From assembly GCA_965233585.1 (NCBI GenBank), contig CBDDTI010000745.1:512001-576000 (forward strand): 64,000 nucleotides of DNA, given 5' to 3'. This document shows, in pieces, positions 12,804 through 22,960 of this stretch; position 1 is the stretch's first letter, and every line of letters starts with the position of its first letter. A model generated the notes under the pieces. That model did no database searches. It had not been told where the DNA came from and saw only the letters and a list, made by a program, of their open reading frames with translations. A program made the translations under genes and the position numbers. This stretch comes from a bacterium (GTDB lineage: Bacteria; SAR324; NAC60-12).

Positions 12804-12902
12804 AAAATATTGCAATTTTTTATCTAAAAAATGTTAGACTCAATGAGTTTAATGACAGAGTTCGTTGTCACAATCAATCCTAACTTAATTTATGAGGAAT
12901 AG

Positions 12903-13532
12903 ATGATAAAAACAATCGTAGCAGTTTTGTTGATTTGCTTGCCGATAGGTGTGGCTTTTTCTGATGAAATGGAAAAGAGAGGAAAATTGTTGTTTGAGAA
13001 TTGCGTAGCATGTCATGGAGATAATGGAGCTGGTAAGAAAACATTTGGTGCCCCGAACATTACGGGACAAGAAGAATGGTACCTTGAAAGACAGCTAACG
13101 CACTTTAAAAAAGGGATTAGAGGAACTCATGTTGAAGATATTTATGGGGCACAAATGCTACCCATCACGTCAGTTCTCAAAGGTGAGTCGGACATTAAGG
13201 CGGTTGCAAAATATGTTGCTTCTTTGCCCGTTTATTCTCATCAAGATCTCATCAAAGGCAATCCTGAAGCTGGTAAACAAAGCTATGCCCTCTGTGCGTC
13301 TTGCCATGGTGATAAAGCTCAAGGAAATAAGTTGTTGAATGCTCCTCAATTAGCCAATCTTCAAACTTGGTACACAGTCAGGCAACTTAAAAACTTTAAA
13401 AAAGGAAAGAGAGGAGGAAGCCTCAACGATATATATGGTTTGCAAATGCGTCCTATGGCAATGACATTACAAGATGAGCAAGCAATGCAAAACATTGCTG
13501 CATATATCGCAACTCTTAAACCTTCCAAATAA
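12903..13532 (+). CDS. Periplasmic diheme cytochrome c (c4-like)
   Basis: Signal peptide, CVACH and CASCH, distal Met motifs, internal two-fold repeat. Confidence 0.92.
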   Translation: MIKTIVAVLLICLPIGVAFSDEMEKRGKLLFENCVACHGDNGAGKKTFGAPNITGQEEWYLERQLTHFKKGIRGTHVEDIYGAQMLPITSVLKGESDIKAVAKYVASLPVYSHQDLIKGNPEAGKQSYALCASCHGDKAQGNKLLNAPQLANLQTWYTVRQLKNFKKGKRGGSLNDIYGLQMRPMAMTLQDEQAMQNIAAYIATLKPSK

Positions 13533-13536
13533 AAAT

Positions 13537-13560
13537 AGGGTTACACCATCGTGTAACCTT
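13537..13560. terminator. Hairpin between convergent cytochrome c and wecA-like genes
   Basis: AGGGTTACAC-catc-GTGTAACCTT with an upstream A run. Confidence 0.65.
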
Positions 13561-13582
13561 TCCCACTTTTCTAACCAATCTT

Positions 13583-15076
13583 CTAAACATAGACTCTTTG
13601 AATAGTTTTTTTGAACTCCTGCGAAGATTGCATAAAATCTTGCTTCGTTGGTGAATAGAATTTAGAAAGATGGTGAATCAGAGAAAGGATTGCATCATCT
13701 ATCAGTTGACTTTTTACGTCAGAGTCTAAATGAAATTCTTTGACATGTAATGTTAAATGTATCTGAAAAATATTTTTTGTATAAGTGATTTCATAATAAT
13801 CGTGTTGAGCAGGTGAATGAAACTCTGATTTTATAGTATTTTGATCTTTAATGCGGTAGGACACGACTTTCATTTGCTTTGCCCAAAATTTAAAACTCTT
13901 CAAAAGATCGTCAATAGATTCATCTTTTTCAAAAAAAATGTCTATGTTTTCTGTTAAAGTGTGAACGAAGGTTCTATTCTTTTTTAGAGAAGTTTTGTTT
14001 TTGATGATTTGCAAGGGTTTTCTGATTTCGTCATATTCCAAATAAACCAAAATAGCGTAGGCAAAAAGCAATGATATAAGCATCATAAATAAATATAAAT
14101 TAGGAAAATAAGTTCCAATCAGAGCTATACTTCCAAAACCGATTGCAAAGCTGTAAAGTTTGATAACAGCTCTACTAGTTGTGTTGCCTTTAGCAGTCAG
14201 TCTGTGGTGCAAATGATTTTTGTCTGCTGAATAAAAAGGAACCCCTTGTAAATACCTCCTGATAAATGCGAAAGCAGTGTCAAGAAGAGGTAAACCTAGA
14301 ATGACTGCTGTGAGTAAACTAAAAGGATAAAAATTCCCCTTAACATTGTTTAAAAGAGGTAAAATAGCCAAACAATACCCCAAAAAAAGACTCCCCGTGT
14401 CCCCCATGAAAATAGTTGCTTTAGGACGATTGAAAAGTAAAAATCCTGAATAAACCCCTATTAAAATTCCAGAAACAGATATAATTGTGAAGTAGCTTTT
14501 TAAAACTCCAACTATTGTTAAAAAAATAAGAGCAATAATCCCAACTCCTGCTGCTAATCCGTCCAGTCCATCAATTAAATTGACAGCGTTAATACAAGCG
14601 ACAATCCAAAAAAGAGTGAAAAGAAGAGACAAGTTGCCAAGTGGATAAAGACCGTAAACAGGTAGGTCAATAGAATGAATCCCATAACCAAAAAAAAGAT
14701 ATGGAAATGTGCAAATGATTTGACCTATAAATTTATATCTTGCTCTAATGTTAAATAAATCATCAATGAAACCGATGCAAGCTATTCCAGCACCTCCAAT
14801 CAGAAAAGGAATTAAGACATTGCCTACTCCAAATAAGGGATTTTGACTCGCAAAATTTGTTTTTTCTATTAGAAATCTTGATAAAAATAAAGTGCAAAAA
14901 AATGACAAAACGATGCAAATCCCTCCCATTTCTGAAACTTTTTCTGTTGCTAGCCTTCTGATTGAAAGGTGCTTCTTATTTTGTAAAATAAGATTTATTT
15001 TTGAATAAAAAATAATGACAATGGAAATGGAGCAGGTGATAAATCCAACGACAAGATTGAAAAAAAAAGTATTCAT
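13583..15076 (-). CDS. MraY/WecA family polyprenyl-phosphate sugar-1-phosphate transferase with C-terminal extension
   Basis: IGFIDD, NAVNLIDGLDGLA, IFMGDTGS, ADKNHLHHRL. Confidence 0.92.
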   Translation of the reverse strand: MNTFFFNLVVGFITCSISIVIIFYSKINLILQNKKHLSIRRLATEKVSEMGGICIVLSFFCTLFLSRFLIEKTNFASQNPLFGVGNVLIPFLIGGAGIACIGFIDDLFNIRARYKFIGQIICTFPYLFFGYGIHSIDLPVYGLYPLGNLSLLFTLFWIVACINAVNLIDGLDGLAAGVGIIALIFLTIVGVLKSYFTIISVSGILIGVYSGFLLFNRPKATIFMGDTGSLFLGYCLAILPLLNNVKGNFYPFSLLTAVILGLPLLDTAFAFIRRYLQGVPFYSADKNHLHHRLTAKGNTTSRAVIKLYSFAIGFGSIALIGTYFPNLYLFMMLISLLFAYAILVYLEYDEIRKPLQIIKNKTSLKKNRTFVHTLTENIDIFFEKDESIDDLLKSFKFWAKQMKVVSYRIKDQNTIKSEFHSPAQHDYYEITYTKNIFQIHLTLHVKEFHLDSDVKSQLIDDAILSLIHHLSKFYSPTKQDFMQSSQEFKKTIQRVYV

Positions 15077-15200
15077 AAAAGCTCAAATCAATCAATTTAA
15101 AAACACGCTATTTTACCTATTTCTTAATAAATATGGTATAAGTATGCGGAGACGCTTCATTTGAAAAATAAAAGATTATCATTAGAAACAATTTTTATGG

Positions 15201-17006
15201 ATGGAAAAGAATAGTCAGAACATCAGAAATTTTTCAATCATTGCTCATATAGATCATGGAAAATCTACCCTTGCAGACCGCTTAATTGAATATGTTGGTG
15301 CAATCAACCAAAGGGAAACACAAGATCAGTTGTTGGACAATATGGACATTGAAAGGGAAAGAGGAATTACCATTAAGTCGCAAACGGTACGTTTGAATTA
15401 TCTAGCACAAGATGGAAAGCGATATGCACTCAATTTAATTGACACACCCGGTCATGTGGATTTTACTTATGAAGTGTCTCGTTCTTTGGCTTCATGTGAA
15501 GGGGCTTTGCTCATTGTTGATGCCTCTCAAGGTGTAGAGGCTCAAACTGTTGCTAATGTTTACATCGCATTGGAAAATGATTTGGAAATTATACCTGTTC
15601 TGAATAAAATTGATTTGCCAACAGCTGATATAGACAGAGTTTCAGAGGAAATAGAAACGATTATTGGACTAGACACAACCGATGTCATTTGCACTAGTGC
15701 AAAAACAGGAGAGGGCATTGAAAACATACTAGAAAGCGTTGTACATTTGATTCCTCCACCATCGGGAACTCCAGACCAGCCTTTGAGAGCTTTAATTTTT
15801 GACTCGTGGTTTGACTCTTACATGGGCGTGATGATGACTATTCGCATTGTAGATGGCACATTGTCTGTGGGGGATAAAATTAGACTTTTAGCAACGGGTA
15901 AGGACTATGAAGTGACCCAGCTAGGTATGTTCACTCCTTTCAAAGAAGTGTGTGAGACGTTAAACACCGGTGAGGTTGGTTTCGTTTGTGCCTCCATCAA
16001 GACCATTGGTCACATAAAAATTGGGGACACTATCACTTTGGTTGACAATCCTGCAACCGAACAGCTTCCGGGATACACAGAAGCTAAACCAATGGTTTTC
16101 AGTGGCATTTATCCCGTCAATGGTGACCAATATGACCAACTTAAAGTCGCTTTGAACAAGTTGGGGCTTAACGACTCTTCTTTTACTTATGAACCTGAAA
16201 CATCTCTTGCTTTAGGCTTTGGTTTTAGGTGTGGTTTTTTGGGATTGTTACACATGGAAATTGTGCAAGAAAGACTTGAGAGAGAATATCAGCTCAATTT
16301 AATCATCACTTCTCCCACTGTTGCCTATCGTGTTAATCTCAATTCTGGCAAGTCTATCATGGTAGATAATCCTTCACAGCTTCCTCCTCAAATGGAAATA
16401 GAATCTATTGATGAACCCTATGTGCGTGGGAAAATCTTAACCCCTCAGGAATTTGTAGGTTCATTGATGACGCTTTGCCAAAGTAAAAGAGGAGTCCAAG
16501 TGAGCATGGAGTATCCTTCTACCAACAGAGTGATGTTGGTCTATGATTTTCCTCTCAATGAAATTGTGATCAGCTTTTACGATCGTTTAAAGTCTATCTC
16601 ACGGGGTTATGCGTCATTTGACTATGAGTTGATTGACTATCAAAAAGGCAATTTAGTCAAGCTAGACATGCTCCTCAACGGAAGCTCTGTTGATGCACTT
16701 TCTTTGATTGTTCCAAAGGAAAATGCTTATGAACGAGGAAGAGACCTTGCGGCAAAAATCAAAAAGCTCATTCCAAGACAGATGTATGAAGTGGCAATCC
16801 AAGCCTCCATCGGTTCAAAGGTGATTGCAAGAGAAACACTTTCTGCTATGAGAAAAAATGTAACAGCCAAGTGCTACGGGGGCGACATTAGCCGAAAGCG
16901 GAAGCTTTTAGAAAGACAAAAAGAAGGAAAAAAACGTATGAAGCAACTGGGTTCTGTGGAAGTGCCTCAAGAGGCGTTCATGGCAGCATTGAAACTTGAT
17001 GACTGA
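15201..17006 (+). CDS. lepA: Elongation factor 4
   Basis: [45 protein letters not shown]. Confidence 0.98.
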   Translation: MEKNSQNIRNFSIIAHIDHGKSTLADRLIEYVGAINQRETQDQLLDNMDIERERGITIKSQTVRLNYLAQDGKRYALNLIDTPGHVDFTYEVSRSLASCEGALLIVDASQGVEAQTVANVYIALENDLEIIPVLNKIDLPTADIDRVSEEIETIIGLDTTDVICTSAKTGEGIENILESVVHLIPPPSGTPDQPLRALIFDSWFDSYMGVMMTIRIVDGTLSVGDKIRLLATGKDYEVTQLGMFTPFKEVCETLNTGEVGFVCASIKTIGHIKIGDTITLVDNPATEQLPGYTEAKPMVFSGIYPVNGDQYDQLKVALNKLGLNDSSFTYEPETSLALGFGFRCGFLGLLHMEIVQERLEREYQLNLIITSPTVAYRVNLNSGKSIMVDNPSQLPPQMEIESIDEPYVRGKILTPQEFVGSLMTLCQSKRGVQVSMEYPSTNRVMLVYDFPLNEIVISFYDRLKSISRGYASFDYELIDYQKGNLVKLDMLLNGSSVDALSLIVPKENAYERGRDLAAKIKKLIPRQMYEVAIQASIGSKVIARETLSAMRKNVTAKCYGGDISRKRKLLERQKEGKKRMKQLGSVEVPQEAFMAALKLDD

Positions 17007-17503
17007 TGTTGAATGTCTTTCGCTACATGATTTCGTTTGCTGGCACAACAACGGTTACTTTAGCAATCCTTTCATCAGACTTACGAGACCCAACATGGTT
17101 TCACCAGATTGTACCAACTGAAAAGGTTCAAAATTGGTTAGGAATTTTTGGTGCATTATTGGGAGGAACGTTGGTAGAATTGTTTGGCGTTTTAGCGTTT
17201 TGGTTTTGCATAGCATTTTTCGTCATGATCACACCTACGAAAAAGTCTTCTCATCGTCAAGGGAAAATGATTTTCTGGAGTGCTATTTTTTTATGGGCTT
17301 TGTCTGCTCTTCAAAATGTCTTTCCTTTGGATGGTGTGTCCTTTTCTTTGATTCTTCAACATAGCAGTCGTTTTGGATATATCAGTTTTGAGGGATTATC
17401 TGGCATCATTGGTTGGAATTTTGCCTCTGTGATGATTGGAACAGTTTGTTTCATTTCTTTGTATAAATGTTTAAGCCTTTTTTTAGTAAAAAATGATGGA
17501 TAG
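17006..17503 (+). CDS. Membrane protein resembling the FtsK N-terminal 4TM domain, stand-alone
   Basis: DP..NWLGIFGALLGGTLVELFGVLAF pattern and about four TM segments; no ATPase domain. Confidence 0.6.
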   Translation: MLNVFRYMISFAGTTTVTLAILSSDLRDPTWFHQIVPTEKVQNWLGIFGALLGGTLVELFGVLAFWFCIAFFVMITPTKKSSHRQGKMIFWSAIFLWALSALQNVFPLDGVSFSLILQHSSRFGYISFEGLSGIIGWNFASVMIGTVCFISLYKCLSLFLVKNDG

Positions 17504-17798
17504 TATTGATGAAGCGGTTTTAGATAAGCCAAAAATAAAAATCACTACCCCCCCTATGTATCGTGTTTTGATACATAATGACGACGTAACAACGATGGAG
17601 TTTGTCGTCCACCTTTTGCAAGAAATCTTTTATAAAGATGAAAGTGAAGCGACTCGTATTATGATGCAAACTCATCACGACGGAATTGGAGAGTGTGGCG
17701 TTTTTGATTTTGAAATTGCTGAAACAAAAGTTGATGAAACACAAACTATGGCAAGAATGTTCGGGTTTCCTCTAAAATCTTCTATGGAAGAGGTGTAA
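17493..17798 (+). CDS. clpS: Clp protease adaptor ClpS
   Basis: PPMYRVLIHNDDVTTMEFVV, IAETKV, FPLK. Confidence 0.96.
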   Translation: MMDSIDEAVLDKPKIKITTPPMYRVLIHNDDVTTMEFVVHLLQEIFYKDESEATRIMMQTHHDGIGECGVFDFEIAETKVDETQTMARMFGFPLKSSMEEV

Positions 17799-20093
17799 AT
17801 GTTTACAAAAGACGCAAACCAATGTATCGCCATGGCAAAAAATGAAGCTACCATTAGAGGACATGAACATTTGAGGATTGAGCATTTGCTTTATAGTATT
17901 TTGTTATCAGAAAAGGGGCGTAGAATTATAGAAAGGTGTGGTGGTGATACGGCATCTATTCAAGGTAATTTAGAAGCATTTTTTGAGCAAGAACGGAAAA
18001 GATCTGATGTGAGAAGTGAGATTCAATTGACAATGGCATTACAAAGGATCTTGAATCTTTCTAATCTTTCTATGGTGCAACCAGATGGTCAGACTAAAAA
18101 TGCAGACCTAGAAGATTTACTAGTCTCAATCCACAGGGAGGCAAACACCCACGCTTCCCACTGTCTGACACAAGGTGGAGTTTCAAGAACTAATCTACTC
18201 AATTATATTCAGGATAAACAGCGTATCAGTCTCAATAAAGGAGACTTGCAAACTGCAGAAAGTCCGCTTCTAAAAAGAGTTCACCTTGCACAAGAGGCTT
18301 TTTCTGATCCAGATGACGAACTTAATCAACAGGAAAAATCACAAAAAGAATTCCTGAGCTTGTACACTGTCAATCTTTCACAACTTGCCAAAGAGTCTAA
18401 ACTAGACGCCCTTATTGGTAGGAAATTAGAGTTGGAACACATGATTCATATTCTGTGTAGACGTAGAAAAAACAATCCTATTTTGGTAGGAGAGCCTGGC
18501 GTTGGAAAAACAGCACTTGCAGAGGGTATTGCCTTGAAAATTCACGAAAAATCTGTTCCTAAAATTTTAGAAAACTGTGAGGTCTTTTCTTTGGATGTTG
18601 CTTCGTTGATAGCTGGTACAAAATACAGAGGGGAATTTGAACAACGTATGAAGCAGATTATGAATGCCTTAGAAAGTAGAAAAAATATTATTTTGATGAT
18701 TGATGAAATTCATAGCATTGTAGGGGCTGGGACAGCGACAAATGGTGTCTTAGATATTGCAAGTTTTTTAAAACCTAATCTTGCAAGAGGTGGTTTGCGT
18801 TGCATTGGGGCTACAACTTACTCAGAATATAAAGTTTTTTCAAAAGACAAAGCACTTTCAAGGAGATTCCAAAAAATAGACATCAATGAACCTTCTTTTG
18901 ATGAAACCATTGAAATTTTGAGTGGTGTGAAAGCTGAATATGAGTCTTTTCACAAAGTCAAGTATTCTCAAAAAATTTTGCAAAATATTGTTGAGTTTTC
19001 CAACAGGTATCTCAATGACCGCTTTCTTCCAGACAAGGCAATTGATGTCCTTGATGAATCAGGTGCTTTTGCACAAATTCAATTAGGTCAAGATCAAGAC
19101 GTTGTTGATGTTGAAGAAAAGCATGTCCTTGATGTCATTTCAAAAGCAGCAAATATTGAGGTGAACACCAAGACGACAAAAAATGACTTTCTAATGAATT
19201 TAGAAGCTGATTTGAAACAGCGGATTTTTGGTCAAGATGAAAGTATTGAGGTTTTAGTAACGTCAATCAAACGTTCAAAGGCAGGTTTAGGAGAACAACG
19301 AAAACCGATAGGCTGCTTTCTGATGGCAGGACCAACAGGTGTTGGCAAAACAGAATTAGCAAAACAGTTAGCGTCTTTATTAAATATTAGATTCCAGAGA
19401 TTTGATATGAGTGAGTATATGGAAAAACACTCGGTCTCTAGGCTCATTGGTTCGCCCCCGGGCTACGTTGGCTTTGAGCAAGGAGGTCTGCTTGTTGATG
19501 GTGTGCGCAAATTCCCCAACTGTGTCTTGTTACTTGATGAAATTGAAAAAGCACACCCTGATATTTTTAATATTTTGTTGCAGGTTATGGATCATGCCTC
19601 TTTGACTGACCATAACGGCACGGTTGCCGATTTTAGTAATGTCATTCTTTTGATGACTTCCAATGTTGGTGCAACAGAGATGAGTTCTACCCAAATTGGT
19701 TTTGGCAAAAATACTATGAAGTCTCCCAAACACGCGCTAGAAAAAGGATTTACGCCAGAGTTTAGAAACAGATTGGATAAAGTTTTATATTTTAATCCAC
19801 TCTCTCAAGAGTTGATTTTGAAAGTTGTTGATAAATTTATTAACCAGCTTAGAAATAAATTGCAGGAGAAATTAATTGTTTTAGAGTTAACAACTGAAGT
19901 CAAAGAATGGATTGCAAAAGAAGGATACAGTCCAGAATTTGGAGCACGTCCTATTCAAAGATTGATCCAAGAACATATTGAATCAGTTTTGGCAGATGAA
20001 GTCCTTTTTGGCAATCTAGCAGATGGTGGACATGTGCAAGTGAGTTTGCACAATGATGAACTTTCTTTTCATTATCAAGAAACAAGATTGTGA
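17799..20093 (+). CDS. clpA: Clp protease ATP-binding subunit ClpA
   Basis: Two AAA+ modules (GEPGVGKT, GPTGVGKT), IGF loop, no middle domain, follows clpS. Confidence 0.95.
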   Translation: MFTKDANQCIAMAKNEATIRGHEHLRIEHLLYSILLSEKGRRIIERCGGDTASIQGNLEAFFEQERKRSDVRSEIQLTMALQRILNLSNLSMVQPDGQTKNADLEDLLVSIHREANTHASHCLTQGGVSRTNLLNYIQDKQRISLNKGDLQTAESPLLKRVHLAQEAFSDPDDELNQQEKSQKEFLSLYTVNLSQLAKESKLDALIGRKLELEHMIHILCRRRKNNPILVGEPGVGKTALAEGIALKIHEKSVPKILENCEVFSLDVASLIAGTKYRGEFEQRMKQIMNALESRKNIILMIDEIHSIVGAGTATNGVLDIASFLKPNLARGGLRCIGATTYSEYKVFSKDKALSRRFQKIDINEPSFDETIEILSGVKAEYESFHKVKYSQKILQNIVEFSNRYLNDRFLPDKAIDVLDESGAFAQIQLGQDQDVVDVEEKHVLDVISKAANIEVNTKTTKNDFLMNLEADLKQRIFGQDESIEVLVTSIKRSKAGLGEQRKPIGCFLMAGPTGVGKTELAKQLASLLNIRFQRFDMSEYMEKHSVSRLIGSPPGYVGFEQGGLLVDGVRKFPNCVLLLDEIEKAHPDIFNILLQVMDHASLTDHNGTVADFSNVILLMTSNVGATEMSSTQIGFGKNTMKSPKHALEKGFTPEFRNRLDKVLYFNPLSQELILKVVDKFINQLRNKLQEKLIVLELTTEVKEWIAKEGYSPEFGARPIQRLIQEHIESVLADEVLFGNLADGGHVQVSLHNDELSFHYQETRL

Positions 20094-21745
20094 AGTATTA
20101 CCCAAGTGTGATAGAAAGACAGCAAAATGCTGTCAAAAAGTATGCAAAACGTCGTTTTTGTAGTGTTCAAAAATCTGGTCAAGCAGAGTGGGTCACTTAT
20201 GAAGAGTTTGGGAAACAAGTCAATCAAGTCAGGAGAAGCCTTGATGAGATGGGAGTTTCTGAAGGGAGCATTGTAGGAATTGTTGCTCCGAATGGTATTG
20301 AATGGGCTGTCTTTGCTTATGCTGTTTATGGTTTACAGGCAGTATTGGTCACGATGTTCCCTAAACAAAGACAAGAAGAGTTGGAGTTTATTTTAAACAA
20401 TGCTCAACCTTCTGTTATTTTTGCTGATAATTCTGTCTATCCCTTCATTTTATCCCAGACTCAAAAGGTTTCCTTCCCTCTAAAAATCATTACATCTTCT
20501 AAAGTTGATGAAACTTTGTGTTTTCAAGATTTGCTGAATCAAGGTGTTTCTAACCCTATGGAAGCAATCATGCCAAAGCCCAATCAACTGATGACGATTA
20601 CTTATACATCAGGGACATCAAACGACCCTAAAGGCGTTTGTTTGTCTCATCAAAATATTGCAAGCAATGTTGACAACTTGTTGGGTGTCATTCCTGCCAC
20701 ATGCCACGATCGCACAATGCCTCTTTTGCCTTGGTCACATTGTCTTGGACAGGTCATTGAGTTACATTCTATCATTGCGTGCGGGGGGTCTTTGTATATT
20801 GGGTCTGTTGCAACCTTTGCAGAAGATTTACAAAAATCAGAGCTGACAATTTTGGTCGGAGTTCCTCGTCTGTTCAACCAAATTTACCAAAACGTTTTAG
20901 AAAAAATTTCACAATCTATTTTACTTAAAGGTCTGTTTAAATTGGGCATGAATGCGGTGAAGTCCAATCATCAAATGACAGAAAAATTGTGCTATTGGAT
21001 TCTTTTTAGAAAAATAAAAAACAAGTTAGGAAAAAAACTTATTTTTGCAGCTTGTGGAGGTGCTGCACTGAATCAAGAGATAGAGGTTTTTTTTGATGCC
21101 TTAAGAGTTCCTTTAGTACAAGGTTACGGATTGAGTGAAACATCTCCTTTGGTTTCAGTCAACTCCCTAAACTCAAAACGTTATGGAAGTGTCGGAAAAG
21201 TTCTGGACAGTGTGAAAGTTGAATTTTTAGAAGATTCAGAAGATGAGATTGTGGTTCGTGGTCCAAATGTGATGCAAGGATACTATCAGCATCCAGAAGG
21301 AACGAAGGAGGTTTTGCAACAAGATGGCTCACTCAGGACAGGTGATTGTGGATATTTAGATGAAGATGGCTTTCTGTTTATTACAGGGAGGGTGAAAGAG
21401 TTTTATAAGTTAGACAACGGAAAATGGATTTCACCTGCGATTTTAGAAGAGTCTTTGCTCATCAGCCCTCTAATCAAACAAGTGATGGTTTATGGAGAAA
21501 ATCAACCTTACAATGTCGCTTTAATTGTTGCGGAGGGTCAGATTGACAATGATGAACTTCAAAAGCTAATCCAATCCGAAATAGATTTACATTCAAAAAA
21601 CTTTCCTAAGTATGAACAGATTAAGAAATTTGCCATCGTTCAGGAAGAATGGACTATTGAAAATGGTTTGATTACCTCAACACTCAAACTCAAAAGAAAT
21701 CTTATCCGAAATCATCACCAATCCACTTTAGACGCTCTTTATTGA
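20090..21745 (+). CDS. Long-chain fatty acid--CoA ligase (AMP-binding)
   Basis: YTSGTS, QGYGLSET, RTGDCG, GRVKE, TLKLKR. Confidence 0.9.
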   Translation: MKYYPSVIERQQNAVKKYAKRRFCSVQKSGQAEWVTYEEFGKQVNQVRRSLDEMGVSEGSIVGIVAPNGIEWAVFAYAVYGLQAVLVTMFPKQRQEELEFILNNAQPSVIFADNSVYPFILSQTQKVSFPLKIITSSKVDETLCFQDLLNQGVSNPMEAIMPKPNQLMTITYTSGTSNDPKGVCLSHQNIASNVDNLLGVIPATCHDRTMPLLPWSHCLGQVIELHSIIACGGSLYIGSVATFAEDLQKSELTILVGVPRLFNQIYQNVLEKISQSILLKGLFKLGMNAVKSNHQMTEKLCYWILFRKIKNKLGKKLIFAACGGAALNQEIEVFFDALRVPLVQGYGLSETSPLVSVNSLNSKRYGSVGKVLDSVKVEFLEDSEDEIVVRGPNVMQGYYQHPEGTKEVLQQDGSLRTGDCGYLDEDGFLFITGRVKEFYKLDNGKWISPAILEESLLISPLIKQVMVYGENQPYNVALIVAEGQIDNDELQKLIQSEIDLHSKNFPKYEQIKKFAIVQEEWTIENGLITSTLKLKRNLIRNHHQSTLDALY

Positions 21746-21754
21746 TCTTAAATT

Positions 21755-22855
21755 TTACACCCCAAAAAACTTTAAAAAAGAAGCTGATAGGTTCAAATCT
21801 AAAGTGCGGTTGAAGTAAAAAATGAAAGGGCGAAGAGCCTCTTTTAGGCATTGAAAATAAAATTTACGATCCACTTGATCGGCTTCCAAAACACAATACT
21901 CTCCATTACTTAAACGAAGCAACGGCTTGAGAGAAGCAACGGCTTGATTCAAACCAGCAGTTAAAGACTGAGTGAATGATTCATCATCAAAGCCACAAAT
22001 TAAATAAGTGAATCCATTGCCAAATCGGAATAAATGAAAGGGGGAAGACCCTCCAAACTTCTCACGCACAGCACTCAGTAGCTTTAATAATTGCCTTTGG
22101 TTTTCTTCTGTTTCCCAAAAATCTAAATGACTAATACAGAGAGTTTGATGTTTTGTAACATGAAATTGACGGAATTTTTCTAGGTCTTTGTATCTTAAAA
22201 TTTGAGGGGCTTCATGGAACTTTCCTTGCTTTTTGATGGAATCATAAGCAACTTCAAGGTCTTTACTGATTAATCTAATCTGGGAAGAGTGCCATTCTTC
22301 CACATGATTCTTTTGTCCCCATTCTTCAAGAAATTCTTCTTTTTTTTCAAGATAATTTTGAAACTCGTCAGAATCCGTAATGCGTCTGGTCAGAATGTCA
22401 AATTCACGAGGTGCAACTTGGACTAGCTTGCATAACTCATTAATCTGGCTTCGGAGACGTTTGAAATCGTGGCTAGGAAATGCTTTTTGAAGTTCTTCTA
22501 AATTGAGCAATGTCCTTTGCGCTTTAAGTAATGTTCTTGACTGATGAATTTTTTCAGAACACTTTAAAACTTGGCTAGGAACGAAAACAGCATAATCTAA
22601 CTTGGAGTGATTAGGTCCTTCAAGGCTTGTGAAGTATAAAGGATTGTCAATCAAGCGAATGTTTTGATAGGCAGAATCTATGAGCTTGGCTCTTTTGACA
22701 GGAAATGCTTTTTTTAGAAAATGACGGTCAGGAAGTTGAGATTTTGCATTCTGTAAAGCCTCTAAACTTTTTGCAATGGTTTGGCATTTTCTATCAGACA
22801 AGCCAACAGGTAAATGCCATGAAAGGTCTGTTTGCATCACAGATGAAAGGGTCAA
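21755..22855 (-). CDS. Hypothetical protein
   Basis: 366-codon ORF filling the gap; no motif recognised. Confidence 0.75.
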   Translation of the reverse strand: MTLSSVMQTDLSWHLPVGLSDRKCQTIAKSLEALQNAKSQLPDRHFLKKAFPVKRAKLIDSAYQNIRLIDNPLYFTSLEGPNHSKLDYAVFVPSQVLKCSEKIHQSRTLLKAQRTLLNLEELQKAFPSHDFKRLRSQINELCKLVQVAPREFDILTRRITDSDEFQNYLEKKEEFLEEWGQKNHVEEWHSSQIRLISKDLEVAYDSIKKQGKFHEAPQILRYKDLEKFRQFHVTKHQTLCISHLDFWETEENQRQLLKLLSAVREKFGGSSPFHLFRFGNGFTYLICGFDDESFTQSLTAGLNQAVASLKPLLRLSNGEYCVLEADQVDRKFYFQCLKEALRPFIFYFNRTLDLNLSASFLKFFGV

Positions 22856-22960
22856 AAAGATTCAACACAACCTTGCTATCTTTTCATAAATGATGCCAAA
22901 TTAACACAACCTTATGATGTCTTGCTCCTCAGCTTACTTATTTTTGGTGAATAGAGATAC

